From the NCBI GenBank assembly GCA_000708835.1, contig DF237344.1, forward strand, positions 22,648 to 86,647: a stretch of 64,000 nucleotides of DNA. The letters are read 5' to 3'. The notes below the pieces were generated by a model, which was not told the origin of the DNA, made no database searches, and was given only the letters and a program-made list of their open reading frames with translations. Made by a program: the position numbers and the translations under genes. This document shows, piece after piece, positions 60,741 through 64,000 of the stretch (within the stretch, counting starts at the first letter, position 1; each line of letters opens with the position of its first letter). This stretch comes from Klebsormidium nitens. Its lineage: Eukaryota; Plantae; Klebsormidiophyceae.

Positions 60741-63506
60741 TTAACCCGAGCTCTGCCTATCTTTGCGCCGCAACACAAAATCGCAGCAGGGAGCTCCGTC
60801 TGCCAGCGTTGTTGGACGCGAGAACTCGATGCCGTGTCTGGCTGGCGAAACGTGATCAAACCTGTCGGCGAAACCAAAGGTCGAGCAACGTTGGTTCGAG
60901 GATCATACTCAGCAAGTAATTTTCTGCAGGTGTACTCAAGTTCACAGGCCGCACTAAAATGAGAGCATCCGATCAGGTTTTTTTAAAGCAGATACTGGTG
61001 ACACGTGCAGATTCCGGGTTGAGTCAGGGGGCCAACCCAAAGCGACGTGCACGAAGCTCTCATTGGAAGGCCCGGTTTCCTTGTGCTCATCCTCATCTGC
61101 GATAATCAGATCCATTCGCGCACATGCGACTACCTTATTATCCAACACGATCTCCCGAATATTTTCATCTGACTGAGTGATTATGATTTGAAACCTTGGC
61201 TGACCCTCACCACATTCTGTCGAACGCACAGAAGAGCCGCGTCAGGTCCGGTACCCCCTGTCGTTCAAAGAACGTATTGTAGAGGCAACGAGTCACCTTG
61301 AGACTGTGGAACCTGCAATTGGGTAACGGTTAGAAACGGCGTGAGCTGGTAAGCCAATTCGACAAAGTAAGCGAAAGGTCCGCAAAATGGCAGAGGAATC
61401 GTCTGCACTACTTTATACAGAGAGGCAGGCGCAACAGCAGAAAGAGCCTTTGAAACTCCTCTGTCGTCTAAGATTCGGGGTTGAGGAGAAGGATCTGAAG
61501 ATGACGGAATTCGATGCGTTCTCTGCAGGAATCGGACAAACGAGCTTGACAAAGACGGCAAAAAGGCTCAAATTCCAGCCCAAACCGATCGCAGGAAAAC
61601 GGACCAATTGAATGTTCGCGGCCTCAGATCGAGGGAATTTTGAAACTGGCCAGGAGTAATGTCATGTTGAGTACAAGCAGGGTACACGTATGGCGTCTTC
61701 CAAAGTAGCGACCAAAAACACCAAGACGATTGCAATGGTCTTGGCTTCTCAGGAGTTGGACCTTTCAGGTGATTCTTCGTAAATCGCTTGCTTGCTTGAA
61801 GGCTTGACCGCATGCCTCTACGAATCGCTACGAATTGTGCTGTCCAAAACCCTGATGGATCGAAGCTCGATTAAACTCAAGTTCTCAAGAGATGAGACTG
61901 TCTGGTGCAGAGATCGTTGGCACCTCTCTGGCCGATTGCCCGATGTGGGTTCTCAAATAAGAGGAGCGAAAACAAAAGCCCAACAAGTGCCCTGACTCGC
62001 TTTCTTCCAACTCCCTTTATGTACAGCCGTCTATCCCTGAGCCAGAAACACCGTTCTGACGTCATCCAGAGTCAACCAACTTACCCCAGTTCTTTGTGCT
62101 CTTCTGTTTCAAACGACTTCCCAAAGTCTCGCCCCAGGTACTCAAGCCCCCGGGAGACGTGCGCAAACTTGTCAAAAGACAGGAAGAGCACAAAACGGCT
62201 CATGAAGTTGAGCGTGTCTGCTGCAGCCGCCCCGATCGGCTCCTTGATGAGGTCAGCGGTGACAGCGCGGTTGTGTGCAAAGTGGGGAAGGAGGGTGCGG
62301 TATGATGCGAGCGCAAGAGAGGCCATCTGGCAGGGGTTAAGCGAGGGGGTTAGGAGTGGTTAAGACGAGGGCAGCATTTTCTTCTGAGCCAAGGAGAGGA
62401 TTACAGTGACACAAGGGGTTCCTGCAAGTCGCGAACATAGTGGAAAGTGACCGAAATAGATTCAACATAAAGCGTTGTAGGTTTGAAGGGTATGCAAGCT
62501 GTTTGGGGGTAAGGTGGGAGTTCTCAAAGGAAGCTGGAGAGACGTGCTTGACAGAGTGTTTGAAGAAAACGAGTTGCTTGCAAGACAGACTCTATCAGTC
62601 CTGGTGGAGTGGGTTGACTAATCTGAAAACTTGACGCTCAATCTGATAACGAATGCTAATATCCTGCGCCATGGGTGGAGGTAGACACTTCCCCCAGGAG
62701 AGCAACAAGATAAATAAGATTGACAGAGGTCACTCCACTCCACCAGATGGATCTCTCAGAAGCATCATGATTTGGCCTCTGATCAAGAAGCAGAGGCAGG
62801 TCACATACAAAGTGTAAAATTGTTATGACGACTTCAAAGCTGATGAGAAAACCCGTTTGGTGGATGTCCAGTAAGTACTCGCGATTCACAAAGTACAACA
62901 AAGCGCATGGGTACTGTCGAAGCTTACCTGCAAGTGAGATGCCCCTCGACTATCTTTCGCCAGATCACCATGCCTCTTCAGAACCTCTTCGTAATTCTCT
63001 TCAATCTGTCTCATCACACTCTCCACACTGCCCTCAAGCTCAGGGGCGGTCTTCAGGACGTTTTCCAACGATCGCAGGTACGCTTTCTTTGGAATGTTTT
63101 CAAGACGAGCTGTTGCTTTCAGCTTTACAAACTCCAGGTATTGCTGCACTTTAGAAGGTGGTTGCGCACTGTTTCCAGCGTTGGAAGCAAAATTTCGTCT
63201 AGGGGCAGAACCAGATTGAGCTCTCAACAAAGGCTGGAGAAGAGGTCTGTTCAGGCCACAAGATTGCGTTCTCGTTGATTGTGGACCACCAGCATCATAT
63301 GCTGCGTGAAACCTACTTATCCCTCCCGTTCCTATCTCCTCCCGCAACACCGGGCACACCACCAATTCATCACTGGTGCTTTTAACTGATATAGCAAGCT
63401 CAGAAAAAAAGTAAGGGAACTGCCTAAGGATACTTTGCGGCTTTCCTCCGCGGCAGGGCACGCAGAACCTACGGAAGGCTTTATCCATAATCACCGACTT
63501 GCGCAT
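60741..63506 (-). CDS. L-2-amino-thiazoline-4-carboxylic acid hydrolase-like (ATC_hydrolase family) protein with a probable mitochondrial presequence; about 347 aa
   Basis: Exons ~63506-62928 (start uncertain, ATG also at 63569), 62326-62085, 61312-61211 and 60861-60741. Family pattern: VTRCLYNTFFERQGVPDLTRLFCAFDRMWFD...GIEFSRPTTLADGAPCCDFVLRR. The presequence-like segment ends RRNFAS. Confidence 0.8.
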
Positions 63507-63737
63507 TGGAAGGGGATGATTCGTGGTGGCGCCGCAGCCCCTCCGTTTTCGAAATAGAATGACGGGCAATCTCTATGGTTCAAAGATCCTCACGTCCAAA
63601 TTGCTCCTGCCACTGGTGTGCCAATTTTGCAATGCTGGAAAAGGCTTCTTGGCCCCAAGGCCCTGGGCACAGTTGGAATGTGCAAGAAAGAAAACGAAGG
63701 AAAAACATGTGTGATAGGAACGTGTAGAAGAAGACTG

Positions 63738-63810
63738 AGCTTCATGTGGGATTTGAACCCACGACCTTTCGCTTACGAAGCGAACGCACTAGCCCCTGTG
63801 CAAATGAAGC
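63738..63810 (-). tRNA. tRNA-Thr (anticodon CGT)
   Basis: GCTTCAT TT GCAC AGGGGCTA GTGC G TTCGC TTCGTAA GCGAA AGGTC GTGGG TTCAAAT CCCAC ATGAAGC T folds into a full cloverleaf. It has CAA immediately upstream, an AT-rich/TATA tract further upstream and a T-run downstream. Confidence 0.92.
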
Positions 63811-64000
63811 TTGAACCAAAAAGCGCGGGAAATGCTGATTATCCAGTGTGAAAATATATATTATAAATATAAATCCAGATAATAGGGTGCCAACATCTCG
63901 CGGCTTCCGAATCTCGCCTGAGGCTGCAGCATAGCAAAACTTCAACCTTCTTTTCAGAAATCAAAGATTCAATGTATTGAAATTTGAGTTGGGAGGAAAG

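Noticed and set aside
61387-61611. 74-aa + strand ORF MAEESSALLY...
   Set aside because: It sits antisense within an intron of the ATC-hydrolase gene and has no recognisable motif.
1-64000. CRISPR arrays, rRNA genes, or transposase/reverse-transcriptase ORFs
   Set aside because: None seen; the repeats found lack constant repeat-spacer periodicity.

Overview
Gene-dense eukaryotic DNA with GT-AG introns and GC3-rich exons. Plant-type genes occur together with a flagellar gene, which points to a streptophyte alga, probably Klebsormidium-like; this is an inference. I assembled spliced models by hand and checked reading phase across every intron. In order they are: GMC oxidoreductase (+), CFAP20DC (-), a TIR-flanked assembly gap, SERP/RAMP4 (+), FKBP53-like (-), PAM16 (+), a LEA-like protein with an N-myristoylation motif and C-terminal anchor (-), PP2C (+), an unknown gene or gene relic (-), a single-HKD PLD/Nuc-Zucchini-like enzyme (+), a PLAC8 protein (-), a 5'-truncated CAT transporter pseudogene (-), a large disordered protein (-), a plastid-type SDR (+), an ATC-hydrolase-family protein (-) and tRNA-Thr(CGT) (-). 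The most notable observations are four. (1) Three loci carry short 'echo' copies of exon ends next to the originals, and the differences are mostly synonymous. (2) An intron-containing Nuc/Zucchini-like nuclease has an unrecognised N-terminal domain. (3) Inverted ABREs sit in the shared promoter of the LEA-like and PP2C genes. (4) The GMC and SDR enzymes have altered catalytic or cofactor motifs. No database searches were run, so family calls rest on recognised motifs.
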